Positions 51,201-62,782 of a stretch of DNA of 64,000 nt are shown in pieces; position 1 is the first letter of the stretch, and each line of letters starts with the position of its first letter. Source of the DNA: Tubiluchus corallicola (taxonomy: Eukaryota > Animalia > Priapulida); NCBI GenBank assembly GCA_030141605.1, contig JAQGDQ010000810.1, forward strand, positions 29,212-93,211, written 5' to 3'. The notes below the pieces were generated by a model. It ran no database searches, was not told where the DNA came from, and was given only the letters and a program-made list of their open reading frames with translations. The position numbers were made by a program, and so were the translations under genes.

Positions 51201-51573
51201 CAATGCAAGAAGAGGGTCCCTGTTTCAAATCTAAGGTGCATTTGCATCTTTTTTACATTTCAAGTTTGCTTTCAAAATTTAATTAATTTTTGTTTTGTAA
51301 CGTTAATAACAACCTTAACAGTAAGATTATGATACCGATTATAATATGATTAATCTTCTTGTAGATGAAAACTGCTGATTATAAAGCAATACCCGCATCT
51401 TCCCTTTTATTTTGCAGGTATTCAGAGAATTCCACAAGGAGTTTCTTCTCCCCAAGAACGTCGATCCTGAATCCTTGAAGAGCTCGCTATCAGCTGATGG
51501 TATTCTGACAGTCGACGCGCCCCTGGCGTTACCGGCGCCCAGAGAACACGCTATACCGATTGCCCAGTCTTAA
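48276..51573 (+). CDS. Small heat shock protein (HSP20/alpha-crystallin domain), 247 aa; join(48276..48863,51418..51573)
   Basis: LKLRFDVSEYQPEELEVKTIDNKLQVHAKHEE|VFREFHKEFLLPKNVDPESLKSSLSADGILTVDAP plus a C-terminal IPI (IXI) motif; phase-0 GT-AG intron. Confidence 0.95.
48910..49372 (-). mobile_element. LINE 3' fragment (same family as 28938-29600)
   Basis: Near-identical to 28945-29405. Confidence 0.88.
50773..51290. mobile_element. Inverted pair of tRNA-like segments
   Basis: 50826-50897 (-) and ~51170-51242 (+) are homologous, with A/B boxes and a TCTGC/GCAGA anticodon-like stem; acceptor stems are degenerate. Confidence 0.65.
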
Positions 51574-52442
51574 GTGCATTAATCGTTCAAAGAAAAAAGC
51601 GAGGTCTTTTGCCCGTTGCTTTTGTATACTTCACGTCTTTTTTATGGCCTGTACTTGTTAAGTTTCTGGAGTTCGAAACGCAGGCAGAGATTTGGAGGCA
51701 TCCCCTCCTATCCCAGCCTCTCTCTTTGGCAGATTAAGCTGTTTGGGTTTACCGTGTTGGTTGCGAGTTCATAACTGTTTTATAATAACAAACGAACTAT
51801 TTTTACCGGACTATTTTAACGAGTTGGTCCAGTATTTACTTTGTTTAAAGAGAGAGAGAAGACAAATGCGTTTTTAATTTAATCATTTCATCAACGTTAC
51901 CTAAGTTGACGTATCATAACTTCGTCTCAGACTTTGTAAAATCGACTTCTGTTTTCGTGCTGTACTTAGTGTAAAATTTTAATGGCCAATTTGCCAATTT
52001 TGTTACGTCTAATTCGTGTTTGTTTATCATGACGCCTTTCAACACTGTTTTGTTCAATATAACGAGCGCACGATAATTCTAATTATAGCTTTTAAAATAG
52101 CGCCACCTATCTGGTTTTGTTTGCATTAAAGTCTTGTAGCTTCAAGCAGACCTATTCTTGTCAAGTTGTGATACTCGTAAACGGAAATACGTATTAAAGT
52201 AACAGGAAAAAGAGACGAAAAAATCACAATTTTGGGTAAGAGAGAAGGTCAGGTGACCAAACAAAAATATTCAAGTCAGTGGCAATTTATTTAAGTACCA
52301 TAAGCAATTCGTTTTTTTTCCTGTGACTTTTTTCTTCTGACTTTTTCTGTGATTTTTTACCTGTGTGTTTATTTACTAATGAGTTTTTACCTGGATTCTC
52401 GTAAACTCAGTAGTTGAAATGATAAAAAAACTTTGAAATGAC

Positions 52443-53211
52443 TGGCTGCTTATACGCCAGTCTGGAAAAATGTTTTGTACTAATTGCGACTTGGGAGCCC
52501 ATCTATTGGCTGCTTATACGCCAGTCTGGGAAAATGTTTTGTACTAATAGCGACTTGGGAGCCCATCTATTGGCTGCTTGTACGCCAGTCTGGAAAAATG
52601 TTTTGTACTAATAGCGACTTGGGAGCCCATCTATTGGCTGCTTGTACGCCAGTTTGGAAAAATGTTTTGTACTAATAGCGACTTGGGAGCCCATCTATTG
52701 GCTGCTTATACGCCATTCTGGGAAAACGTTTTGTACTAATAGCGACTTGGGAGCCCATCTATTGGCTGCTTATACGCCAGTCTGGGAAAACGTTTTGTAC
52801 TAATAGCGACTTGCGAGCCCATCTATTGGCTGCTTATACGCCAGTCTGGGAAAACGTTTTGTACTAATAGCGACTTGGGAGCCCATCTATTGGCTGCTTA
52901 TACGCCAGTCTGGGAAAACGTTTTGTACTAATAGCGACTTGGGAGCCCATCTATTGGCTGCTTATACGCCAGTCTGGGAAAACGTTTTGTACTAATAGCG
53001 ACGTGGGAGCCCATCTATTGGCTGCTTATACGCCAGTCTGGGAAAACGTTTTGTACTAATAGCGACGAGGGAGCCCATCTATTGGCTGCTTATACGCCAG
53101 TCTGGGAAAACGTTTTGTACTAATAGCGACTTGGGAGCCCATCTATTGGCTGCTTATACGCCAGTCTGGGAAAATATTTTGTACTAATAGCGGCTTGGGA
53201 GCCCATCTATT
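52443..53211. repeat. 64-bp minisatellite, 12 copies
   Basis: Unit attggctgcttatacgccagtctgggaaaacgttttgtactaatagcgacttgggagcccatct. Confidence 0.96.
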
Positions 53212-54060
53212 TTTATTTTTCATGCTAAATCTTGTAAGTGCCCTGAATTTTGTACAGTATTCTTGAATGTACACTCAAATTTTACTGTCTGGTTCTCCTA
53301 CAACTATTTCTCTTATGAGTAAAAATGGTGTTACAAAACTTGTTCATTATTGTCAATTTTGTGTTACGTAATAAACAGCTAACTACGTATGATATATCAT
53401 GCTTTTCTTAGCCTAATGTAAGCTTATGCTTATGTCATTAGAAGTGTTATTGGTGGAATGCAGTGGAATACTTATTCGACCTCCCTATAGACATTATTAC
53501 TTCAAGGAAGACAGGATGATTTTTCGTATACTACCTCATTTTTAAGTCCGATGAAAAGTATACATTTTAACACAATTAATACTGCAAAAGCGTTTCTGAT
53601 AATTAAATAATAGATTAAAAACTTAATTAGCCCAACTATTAATGACATCACAAACTAATATAATTTTCAACAGCAAAAATAATCTACGAGCGTCCTTGCG
53701 AAAGCGAAAATTGAAGTTCAGTGTTACTGTAAGATATTCAGTGTGTTTTGTTAAAACTAGGCACGTTTTAAAAAATTCAAGTTTCAAATTTACCGCTGTG
53801 CTCACGCATGAGCTGTCGAACGTGTGTAATTCGTCACAAACTAACACATCTGAACTGAGAGGTACAAATTGTCACTGATGGCTTCTTTGCAGCTTTTATT
53901 CAGCAAGCTGTTAGAACTGAAAATATTTTAAAAGAAACGAAATTACGGCGAATTTTCGCGCATAGTAAAAACAATTCGCATGTTTTGAACGCAACGCGCG
54001 ACAGCTTTGCTTTTCTAACGCAATTTTTAGAGCATAAACCTTCGTCAGGAGGAGGGGGAA

Positions 54061-54478
54061 GATTTGATTTTTGATTTAACTCTTTATTTCGAACTAGGTT
54101 CATAGAATACATAACATACAATACAAGGCATACAATAATTATAACACCTCCTCCCAACATATACAAATTAATACATAAATAAATAAAGTAACAGTACAAT
54201 ATATATAGTTTGATGTAATACATAGGAAAACAGCAGACAGTTTATACAGTAGAGTAATGCAAAGCTCCTCCATTGGTCTCTCATGTCTGAAGTGTAAAAA
54301 GCTTCACTGTTATTCAATGCGTTTATAAGAAGATTTGAGCTTTGCATTACTCTACTGTATAGACTGTATGCAGGCTTCCTATGTATTACATCAAAGTATA
54401 AAACATCGTGGTCTACTGAAATGGTCTCGGAACTGGAAGAAAAGAGTATTCTACTGTAATTAGTGCAATTAGCCATGT
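54061..54478 (-). mobile_element. LINE 3' fragment (CR1/L2 group)
   Basis: Degenerate ORF2 C-terminus (FDVIHRK..YSLYSRVMQSSNLLINAL); AATAAA followed by an (AAATC)n-like tail. Confidence 0.6.
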
Positions 54479-54931
54479 CAGACCCCCCCCCCCCCGCCAG
54501 CGTTTACTGTACAAATACGTGCTTTTATCGGCCCGAGAAAATCCTCAGACGATGGCAGATGATTACGAAGAAGACGTTACAGCTTTGCAATGTCAATAAA
54601 CTGGCTCGGCTGGCATTCTAGTTTTTAAATTTTCAATCCCTTCGAAAAACAGCAGAGACCTGTTTGAAAGCGGTTTTACTCTAGCGCTGTGTTTGAACAA
54701 TCATTCTCTCAACTGAATGTGCGAAGACCTAACCATGGATCTTGTATTTTCTTTATGGACCAAACTAATCTCTCCTACATACAGATTACGTCACATTAAG
54801 AACATTGATGTGTGAGTCATAGATAGGTATTTGAATGTACCTGGATACATGCAGTTAATAAGTTATTAGTGGTTGTTAGGGAAATTCATTTGCCCAGATA
54901 ATTGCCCTCTAAATAATGCGCTATTCTGTTA

Positions 54932-55425
54932 AACCACGGCCAAATCACGTTGAAAACACCGGTTCTCGTTTGATCACCGAAGTTAAGCAACGTAGAGCCT
55001 GGCTAGTGCTTGGATGGGTGACCGCCTAGGAATACTGTAGGCTTGCGGAATGCTCACACTGTATCTCGACACTAGGCGGAGGAGCTGTACAAGCAGCCAA
55101 CGGCTAGAGGGCGGAGGAGGTCAAGTGACCCAAGGGCCATGTGTAGAAGAGTAAACCTTCCAAATCAGGAGTGGAGCCCCGAAGGCGGACCAGTGCAGCA
55201 TGCTCACTGACTCCGGCAGCTCCTGCAGCCAATCTGGTGCCAAACATATCGCTCCGCTTTTCTTTGGACTACACCAGGGAGGAAGAGAGGGGGTTCCTGT
55301 TGTCTGGGCAACTCAGGATCTGCATACACCTTGCCGAGGCGTGCGCCCTGGAGAGGTTCAAGGATCGGACTCTCTTGGCGCACATTCCATTGTCTTCCGA
55401 GACAGAAGGATGCCAACAACAACAA
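54932..55425 (+). mobile_element. 5S rRNA-derived SINE (SINE3-type), apparently full length
   Basis: 54932-55042 is 5S-like (acggccaaatcacgttgaaaacaccggttctcgtttgatcaccgaagttaagcaacgtagagcctggctagtgcttggatgggtgaccgcc), followed by a ~370-bp body and a (CAA)n tail. Confidence 0.88.
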
Positions 55426-55830
55426 GTCTCTTAAAGGAATTATTATTATTATTATTCTTTATTTTTAAAAACTATGTACAAAATACATTCACTCTATTTG
55501 TACCGATATGTTTAAAATTTCTAAAAGCATTTACAACGTATTAAACCTATTCACATATATATATAATTTAGAATCCAACGCATGAGACACATTGAACGAC
55601 AACGACCATGTACAATAGACATAGTTACAAATTATAATCCAACACTACATACATACATACATAATAAACGATATCGAACATATTTTAATACTTAATAACG
55701 AAAATTTATACACAATGAAAAACAGCGATTATAATAAACATAATTACCAATTCTAATGTAAATTCACATAATCATAAATAAAAACAAAACAGCATATAGA
55801 AAACACGACGAGAGTTGTAAAATTTCATCA

Positions 55831-56100
55831 GTTAAAGGAAAGGTCAAGCCTTCTAGGAGGTTAGTCTTATTTCAATGTTCGCGAAAAATGTTAGAAGGAT
55901 TTAGTAATAAAACTGCAATAAGCGCCTCGTGTAATTTGTAAAATCACTTTAAAGTCACGATCACTTCATGCTTGGGCGCTCCCATTTTCTCAATGCCCAT
56001 TCTTCCTCCAATGACGTCATTTCGTCCTGAAGACAAGCAGCGCACTGTTAATCTTCCTTAAAATATCATACGTTTTTACAAAAAAATACTTGCGTGAGCT
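55831..56100. mobile_element. Kolobok-like MITE, family 2 fragment
   Basis: ttaaaggaaaggtcaagcc start; shared body. Confidence 0.7.
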
Positions 56101-56492
56101 TTAAGCAAGTTGCGTGAGCTTAGACAGTTGTTGTGCAGCGTGAGCTTAGACAGTTGTCCAGCGTGAGCTTAGACAGTTGTTGTGCAGCGTGAGCTTAGAC
56201 AGTTGTTGTGCAGCGTGAGCTTAGACAGTTGTCCAGCGTGAGCTTAGACAGTTGTTGTGCAGCGTGAGCTTAGACAGTTGTTGTGCAGCGTGAGCTTAGA
56301 CAGTTGTCCAGCGTGAGCTTAGACAGTTGTTGTGCAGCGTGAGCTTAGACAGTTGTTGTGCAGCGTGAGCTTAGACAGTTGTCCAGCGTGAGCTTAGACA
56401 GTTGTTGTGCAGTGTGAGCTTAGACAGTTGTTGTGCAGCGTGAGCTTAGACAGTTGTCCAGCGTGAGCTTAGACAGTTGTCCTGCGTGAGCT
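56091..56492. repeat. 23/26-bp minisatellite with 75-bp trimer periodicity
   Basis: agcgtgagcttagacagttg(ttgtgc/tcc). Confidence 0.95.
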
Positions 56493-57674
56493 GTTGGGCA
56501 TGCTTACGTTACAGCCGGGGCGGAGCGATAGACCAATATGTTTGACGTCAATTCCCAGCGAATTTAACTTTCTAGTCTGAACGTGAACACGTCTGCGAAT
56601 TACTTGGCGAAGAAAACGCGCTAGTGTGAACCCACCTTTACAAAACACAACTGACTGACTGTATTTACATTCAATGCATTTTCTACATTCCTTCTCTAGA
56701 TATCATTATAATATCAACAGGGTTAAACAGAATTCAAATTTGACAGGTCCATTGTTGTACCTGCTTGTACTGTATAACCGTGGGGCGGACAGCCGTCCAT
56801 TACAGTTCAGGTAAGTGAAACATGCTTGCGTTCCAACCTAAGTGATTTTAAAAGGTTTACCCTCGGGCATTAGTGTTTTATAATACCTGGTTACCTACGA
56901 CACAGCATGTACGCTTTCCTTAAATGGATGTAAATTTAACGTGTTATAACATGGTGGGCGTTTGTAAAAACCACGTAACTACCTGCGTGAGATTTTGGCA
57001 AAAATAACAGCATACATTTTGGCGTCTGAATTCAATGAATGATGCTTAAACGGATCCCGAATTATTCTAAATTCAATTCAATTCAAAGGTTTATTTATCT
57101 CTAATATAATATTTATAACAAAAATACAACAAATTATGTAAAGTATGTAGAGATGGGGGGGGCGAAAGACCAGGAGGTCATCGAGTCAGCCACCCCTTTA
57201 TAACTTAGGAATATTATAAAGCACGGCAGACTACATGGTTAAGTGAATAAATACGTAGTTAGGTCTTAAGTGTAGCAAATAAACAAAATGCAAGGCAGTT
57301 ATATTATAATTATACCAATGGAAAAAAAGCAAGCAAATGATGCAAATAAAAATTAAAACAACAACTGAACAAGTCATGAATGCAACAAGAAATACAAATC
57401 ATAAATGCAGCGAATGAACTAAAATGCAGCAAATGAACGAAAATGTAGTTAAATAATGAATTCACAACAAAAAACGAAAGAATCAGCCTTCGAACAACAT
57501 TTATTACATTTTAGTGTGCAATTAAAATGGTGAAATCACCACACAATGTATACACATATATAAAATCCTTACTTCTGCCGCCATATTTGAACAATAGAGA
57601 ATGCTGTAATGTACAGTATACATTAGAGAAATCTGATTGGAAAGCAGTATGTACTCTTTTGCAATTAACTGTGA

Positions 57675-58075
57675 CGCACGCCTGGGCAAGGGTGTGTGGA
57701 GATCCTGAGTTGCCCAGACAACAGGAACCCCCTCTCTTCCTCCCTGGTGTAGTCCAAAGGAAAGCGGAGCGATACGTTTGGCACCAGGTTGGCTGCAGGA
57801 GCTGCTGGAGTCAGTGAGCATGCTGGACTGGTCCGCCTTCGGGGCTCCACTCCTAATTTGGAAGGTTTACTCCTCTACACATGGCCGTTGGGTCACTTGA
57901 CCTCCTCCTCCACCCTCTAGCCGTTGTGCAGCTCCTCCGCCTAAAGACACAGTGTGGGCATCCCGCCTACAGCGCCTGGTATTCCTAGGCGGTCGAACAT
58001 CCAAGTACTAACCAGGCTCTACGTTGCTTCACTTCAGACGAGAACCGCTGTTTTCAACGTGATTTGGCCGTAGTC
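57675..58075 (-). mobile_element. 5S rRNA-derived SINE, second copy, 3'-truncated
   Basis: 57965-58075 is the reverse complement of a 5S-like sequence; the body matches 55043-55345. Confidence 0.88.
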
Positions 58076-58242
58076 TGTGTTTCTTATAAGCACTGTTTTA
58101 GTGCTACGCATACGGCGGTGTATAGGGTGCAATATATAATGTATATAGGCTACTCGTGTTATACAACCGTAACTTGAGATACAAACCGTCCAACAAACGA
58201 AAAGAAAGCTTAGCGTTCTATTCGAGAATTTAATTTTCAAAT

Positions 58243-58831
58243 TAAAAAGAAAGAACAAGTCACTCAGTATGTTGAACTTATTTTACTGTCATCACTTAAA
58301 CGTAGAAAAATATAACAAAAAAAATTTGAAATATATTTCCGCTGAGTAAAAATTTTCAGGCGTGGTGATAGCCCCATTCACTTGAAAATTATGACGTAAC
58401 TGGGGGGGGGGGGGTCCAACTTCGTTGCTTTTCGTAATCGCGCGCTGTTTAAACGAATTCAAATTTCTGCAGCTTACCTAATGTTCATGCAAAATTAGCT
58501 ATCTAATGTTTCGTAAAAACTTATACTTTTGACGTGCCTCTTCAGTCGAGAAATGATGTCATTGGTGGAGAAATTGAAGCGTCCAAAATGACGTCATTGA
58601 TGGAGAAATGGGAGCATCCGAGATGACGTCATTGGTGGAGAAATGGGAGCGTCCAAAATGACGTCATTGGTGGAGAAATAGGAGCGACCAAAATGGCACC
58701 AATAGCAACCTTAAAGTGATTTTGCTAATTACACGAGGCGCTTATCACACTTTTATTACTAAATCCTTCTAACATTTTTCGCGAACAATGAAACAAGCTT
58801 AGGTATCATAAAGGCTTGCCTTTTCCTTTAA
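58243..58831. mobile_element. Kolobok-like MITE, family 2, with an internal 35-bp x4 repeat
   Basis: Ends ttgccttttcct+TTAA; repeat aatgacgtcattggtggagaaatgggagcgtccaa at 58552-58693. Confidence 0.75.
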
Positions 58832-59063
58832 TAACGATTAATACGCTAATTTTATTTCACAACATGGCATCCATCAATGTAAAGCTGCGTTCAAACAGGG
58901 AAAATCGACTTGAGACAGATCAGTTGTCAGGAAGCTTATCGATATTTACGGATTTACACCATAGATAATGCAGTAATATTATTATCTATGGTTTACGTTT
59001 AATAAAAAAACTACCCTGACGAAACAGCTGATTCAAAACGTTTTGTATTTATTATGTTTTGCT

Positions 59064-59278
59064 TTATTTTATTTTTATTTTGTTTTGTTTTGTTTTGTTT
59101 CGTTTCGTTTCGTTTCGTTTCGTTTCGTTTCGTTTCGTTTCGTTTCGTTTCGTTTCGTTTCGTTTCGTTTCGTTTCGTTTCGTTTCGTTTCGTTTCATTT
59201 CATTTCATTTCATTTCATTTCATTTCATTTCATTTTATTTTATTTTATTTCATTTCATTTCATTTCATTTTATTTTAT
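59064..59278. repeat. Pentanucleotide microsatellite TTTTG/TTTCG/TTTCA/TTTTA
   Basis: Direct inspection. Confidence 0.95.
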
Positions 59279-59839
59279 CTTATAACCTTTCATTTTCTGT
59301 CTTTCTGAATGAATTTTGGTATTTCGTGCCAATGAAGCAAAGCCTCTCGCACTCTGGTGATGACACGTGATCAGCATTAAACTCTGTGACGTCAGGTGAT
59401 TTCACACATTTCCCAGGATCCATTAACAGCATGGATGCGTCTCGTGCACCGGATGCTGCGTTCCAGGATTCAGTTTATTTGCCAAGCGTCACAGTAGACT
59501 GGATTTCGCGAGTGCAAAATGTCTGAAACGCATTTTCCATTTGCTCGAGATTTATGAAAATAGCTGAGCGTATTTTATAGGCTGCCGTCAAGCTTTTAAA
59601 TTATTTTATTACAAGCGGTTTAGGAAGTTACGATGTTAACACAGTGTTGCTGTTGGCTCAGTAATATGGGATAAAGTCCTGTTAGTACCAGTATCATCGC
59701 CATAAGGATGCTACGTTAACTATTTTAGCTACATTCACCCCATGAATCCGAAACGAAACTTTCATTTCGTGCAACTTTTACTTGCACTAAACTTATGACG
59801 AACCTTAAAGGGAAGGTCAAGCCTTCGTGATACTTAAGC

Positions 59840-60365
59840 CAGGGGTGTGTAAATTGCGGCCCGCCGAGATAATTTGTGCGGCCAGTGGGGTACTTGCGGC
59901 CCGCCGAGAGAATTTGTGCGACCCGCGAAGAGATTTGTCAACCTAATGAAAGTGCGGCCCGGGCGATTAATTGAGTGTATCCAGCTGAAGTCCGTGCCAC
60001 GATCCCAAACATAGTGGGGTTAGTTTTTTCTACTAGATCGGATGCCATTAACCCTTACAAGATGGTTGTAGCTTAATGTCACTGTACTACACAGACTGTG
60101 TGATACACATTACTAATATGCATTGCAATGAAATTACCACTATCTGTCCCGAAAGTAGAAATATATGGTTTGTAATATAAATTTTAATAACTTCTAACTA
60201 AAATAGTTTCTTGAGTGTAGTAGTAATGATGTACGCAGGTCGGATGCAAAAAAATCGTTATTAGGCCTTTCTGTACTTGACTCCTTGATCAAACTGCCTG
60301 TGGCTCGCAGGAATTGCGGGAAAGTTTAATATGGCCCGGCTAGTCAGATAATTTGCACCCCCCTG
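59840..60365. mobile_element. hAT MITE nested in a Kolobok-like MITE
   Basis: TIR caggggtgtgtaaatt/aatttgcacccccctg; 8-bp TSD acttaagc/acttaggc; gcggccc subterminal motifs. Confidence 0.88.
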
Positions 60366-60845
60366 ACTTAGGCTTATTTCAATGTTAGAAGGATTTAGTA
60401 ATAAAACTGTGATAACCGCCTCGTGTAATTAGTGAAATCATTTTAAAGTTGCTATTGCTCCCATTTTGCATGCCCATTTTCCACCAATGACATCATTTGT
60501 CGACTGAAGAAAAACAGCCCGTCAGAAGTATAATAAGTTTTTACAATAAATTAGGTAGGTAATTTTGCATGAACATTAGGTAAGCGCTAGAAATTTGAAT
60601 TAGTTTAAGCACCGAGAGCGCTTGCCTTTCAATGTTTAATGCAATAGATAGTTTGGATTACAGTTTAAGATTGGGTTCAGCTTTCTTTTGAAACAAATTT
60701 GAAAATGAAAATTACTTTTTGTTTTAATTTCCTTCGCGTAGTTTAATAGGCGCGCAATAAACCCAAACACATTATTCTTGTCATTTTCTACTCGAACTTG
60801 ACGCTACTCCTGGTGTTCATTATAAGCGCTGTTTCAGCGCTACGT

Positions 60846-61392
60846 AACTGTTTGTGGCGTGCTACAGTCATTGAGCTGTATACTGTGTAGGTGTACGTAT
60901 ATGGGCTATTCCTGCAACTGTTTGTGGCGTACTACAGTCATTGAGCTGTATGCTGTGTAGGTATACGGTCTATTCCTGCGACTGTTTGTGGCGTACTACA
61001 GTCATTGAGCTGTATACTGCGTAGGTATACGGGCTATTCCTGCAACTGTTTGTGGCGTACTACCGTCATTGAGCTGTATACTGTGTAGGTGTACGTATAC
61101 GGTCTATTCCTGCGACTGTTTGTGGCGTACTACAGTCATTGAGGTGTATACTGTGTAGGTATACGTATATGGGCTATTTCTGCAACTGTTTGTGGCGTAC
61201 TACAGTCATTGAGCTGTATGCTGTGTAGGTGTACGTATATGGGCTATTCCTGCAACTGTTTGTGGCGTACTACCGTCATTGAGCTGTATACTGTGTAGGT
61301 ATACGTATGTGGGCTATTCCTGCAACTGTTTGTGGCGTACTACAGTCATTGAGCTGTATGCTGTGTAGGTATACGTATATGGGCTATTCCTG
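60846..61392. repeat. 64/70-bp minisatellite, 8 copies
   Basis: Unit aactgtttgtggcgtactacagtcattgagctgtatactgtgtaggtgtacgtatatgggctattcctgc. Confidence 0.95.
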
Positions 61393-62207
61393 TTAAACTA
61401 AAACTTCTTGAGGTACAAATAAATAAATGAAAAAAGCCCAGTGTTGAATTGAATTGAATTTCAACTTTTAACCAAGTGATGATGATGCACAAATAAATTG
61501 TAAAAAGTTGAAAGCAGCGCTAACAAGGTATAAAAAAATCTTAAGGAACCCGACAGGTTAGTACAATGAAAGTATTGATCATCTTGGTTGAAAATTTGTA
61601 AATCAATATTACAAATAAACCATGTAAATTGTTTGTGACTATTGTAAAAGAAATAATTACAAATTGTATGTACATGCACTGGAATTTAGGGGAATACTAT
61701 TCAATTCAATTCAATTCAATTCAATAGATTTATTTCGCAATAAACATATACATATACATTACATGTGCATCGATAATCAGTTTTTGTTAGTACAGAATTA
61801 TGATACAATTCATGAATTCTGCGCTAGAGACGTAAAAAGCTAGCTTATGCTAGGCCACTAGAATTAGTTACGAAAAAAATTACAATATATTATTAATGGT
61901 TAGTGTGATTTACAGTGGGAGTTAGTAGTATTAAATTTTCATAATTACGATGTAAACTGATGGTCGGTACAGAGAAATGATAAATGCTTTAACACATTAG
62001 CTAAGCATTTGTGGAGGAGGCAACACTTGATTAGACTATATGGAGGTGCAACACTTGTTTAGACTATATGGAGGTATGCATTGCAGATATATATACGGGT
62101 GGGAAGCAATAAAAATATTATTATCCCAGAGGGGAAGTTTTTGAAAATGAAAAACAACAACAAATCATGATTGAGTGATCAGTTATATGTTTCAAGTAAA
62201 TGTAATT

Positions 62208-62428
62208 TACATACTTTTTGAATATGGACAACGAGTTGACATACTTCTTAGAATATGGACAACGAGTTGGCATACTTTTTTGAATATCGACAACGAGTTG
62301 GCATACTTTTTTGAATATGGACAGCGAGTTGACATACTTTTTTGAATATGGACAACGAGTTGGCATACTTTTTTGAATATGGACAACGAGTTGGCATACT
62401 TTTTTGAATATGGACAACGAGTTGGCAC
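62208..62428. repeat. ~31-bp minisatellite, 7 copies
   Basis: catacttttttgaatatggacaacgagttgg. Confidence 0.93.
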
Positions 62429-62782
62429 TACGTAGAGCATCCTCTAAACTAGCCAAGACATTTGTGATGATTATTGAAATAACAGTTTTTAGAGAGTGTT
62501 CCAAGGAAGCTAAAGAGTGAGCCACGACAACATCAGAAAGAAGAGTGTTTCAAAGCGATATAATTCTAACAAAGAAAGAGTTTTGCCTTGCAGTTTTGTT
62601 ACACCTGAGAAGAAAAAGTTTCTAAGGACGATCGCTCGTAGTGGTCGAACTAAGTGTGAATTTACTACGGCCATTCAGATGCATCAATTAAACCTAGATC
62701 AACTCTATTCGAGCACTAAATTTTCAAATTTAAACACGATTAAAACGTAAATTTTGCTTCCCAGTATGATGTCGAAAAATCT

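Noticed and set aside
50826-51242. Genuine tRNA genes (also 6713-6787)
   Set aside because: Acceptor stems are broken and anticodon loops are non-canonical; treated as repeat-derived.
54540-54600. Penelope-type hammerhead ribozyme (cagacgatggc...gaagacgtt followed by aataaa); also CTGANGA hits near 54045 (-) and 58540 (-)
   Set aside because: The catalytic core (CUGANGA...GAAA) and stems are incomplete; at most decayed remnants.
54932-55042. Functional 5S rRNA genes (also 57965-58075)
   Set aside because: Each has an internal deletion, lacks a T-run terminator and is fused to the same SINE-like body.
55171-57850. Paired similar ORFs (MEPRRRTS..., MLTDS...)
   Set aside because: They lie in the two SINE bodies, use non-ATG or internal starts and diverge in frame.
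59615-59703. Short minus-strand ORF MAMILVLTGLYPILLSQQQHCVNIVTS, retained in the duplicate near 63.2 kb
   Set aside because: It is only 27 aa, and its conservation is explained by recent duplication; there is no supporting gene structure.
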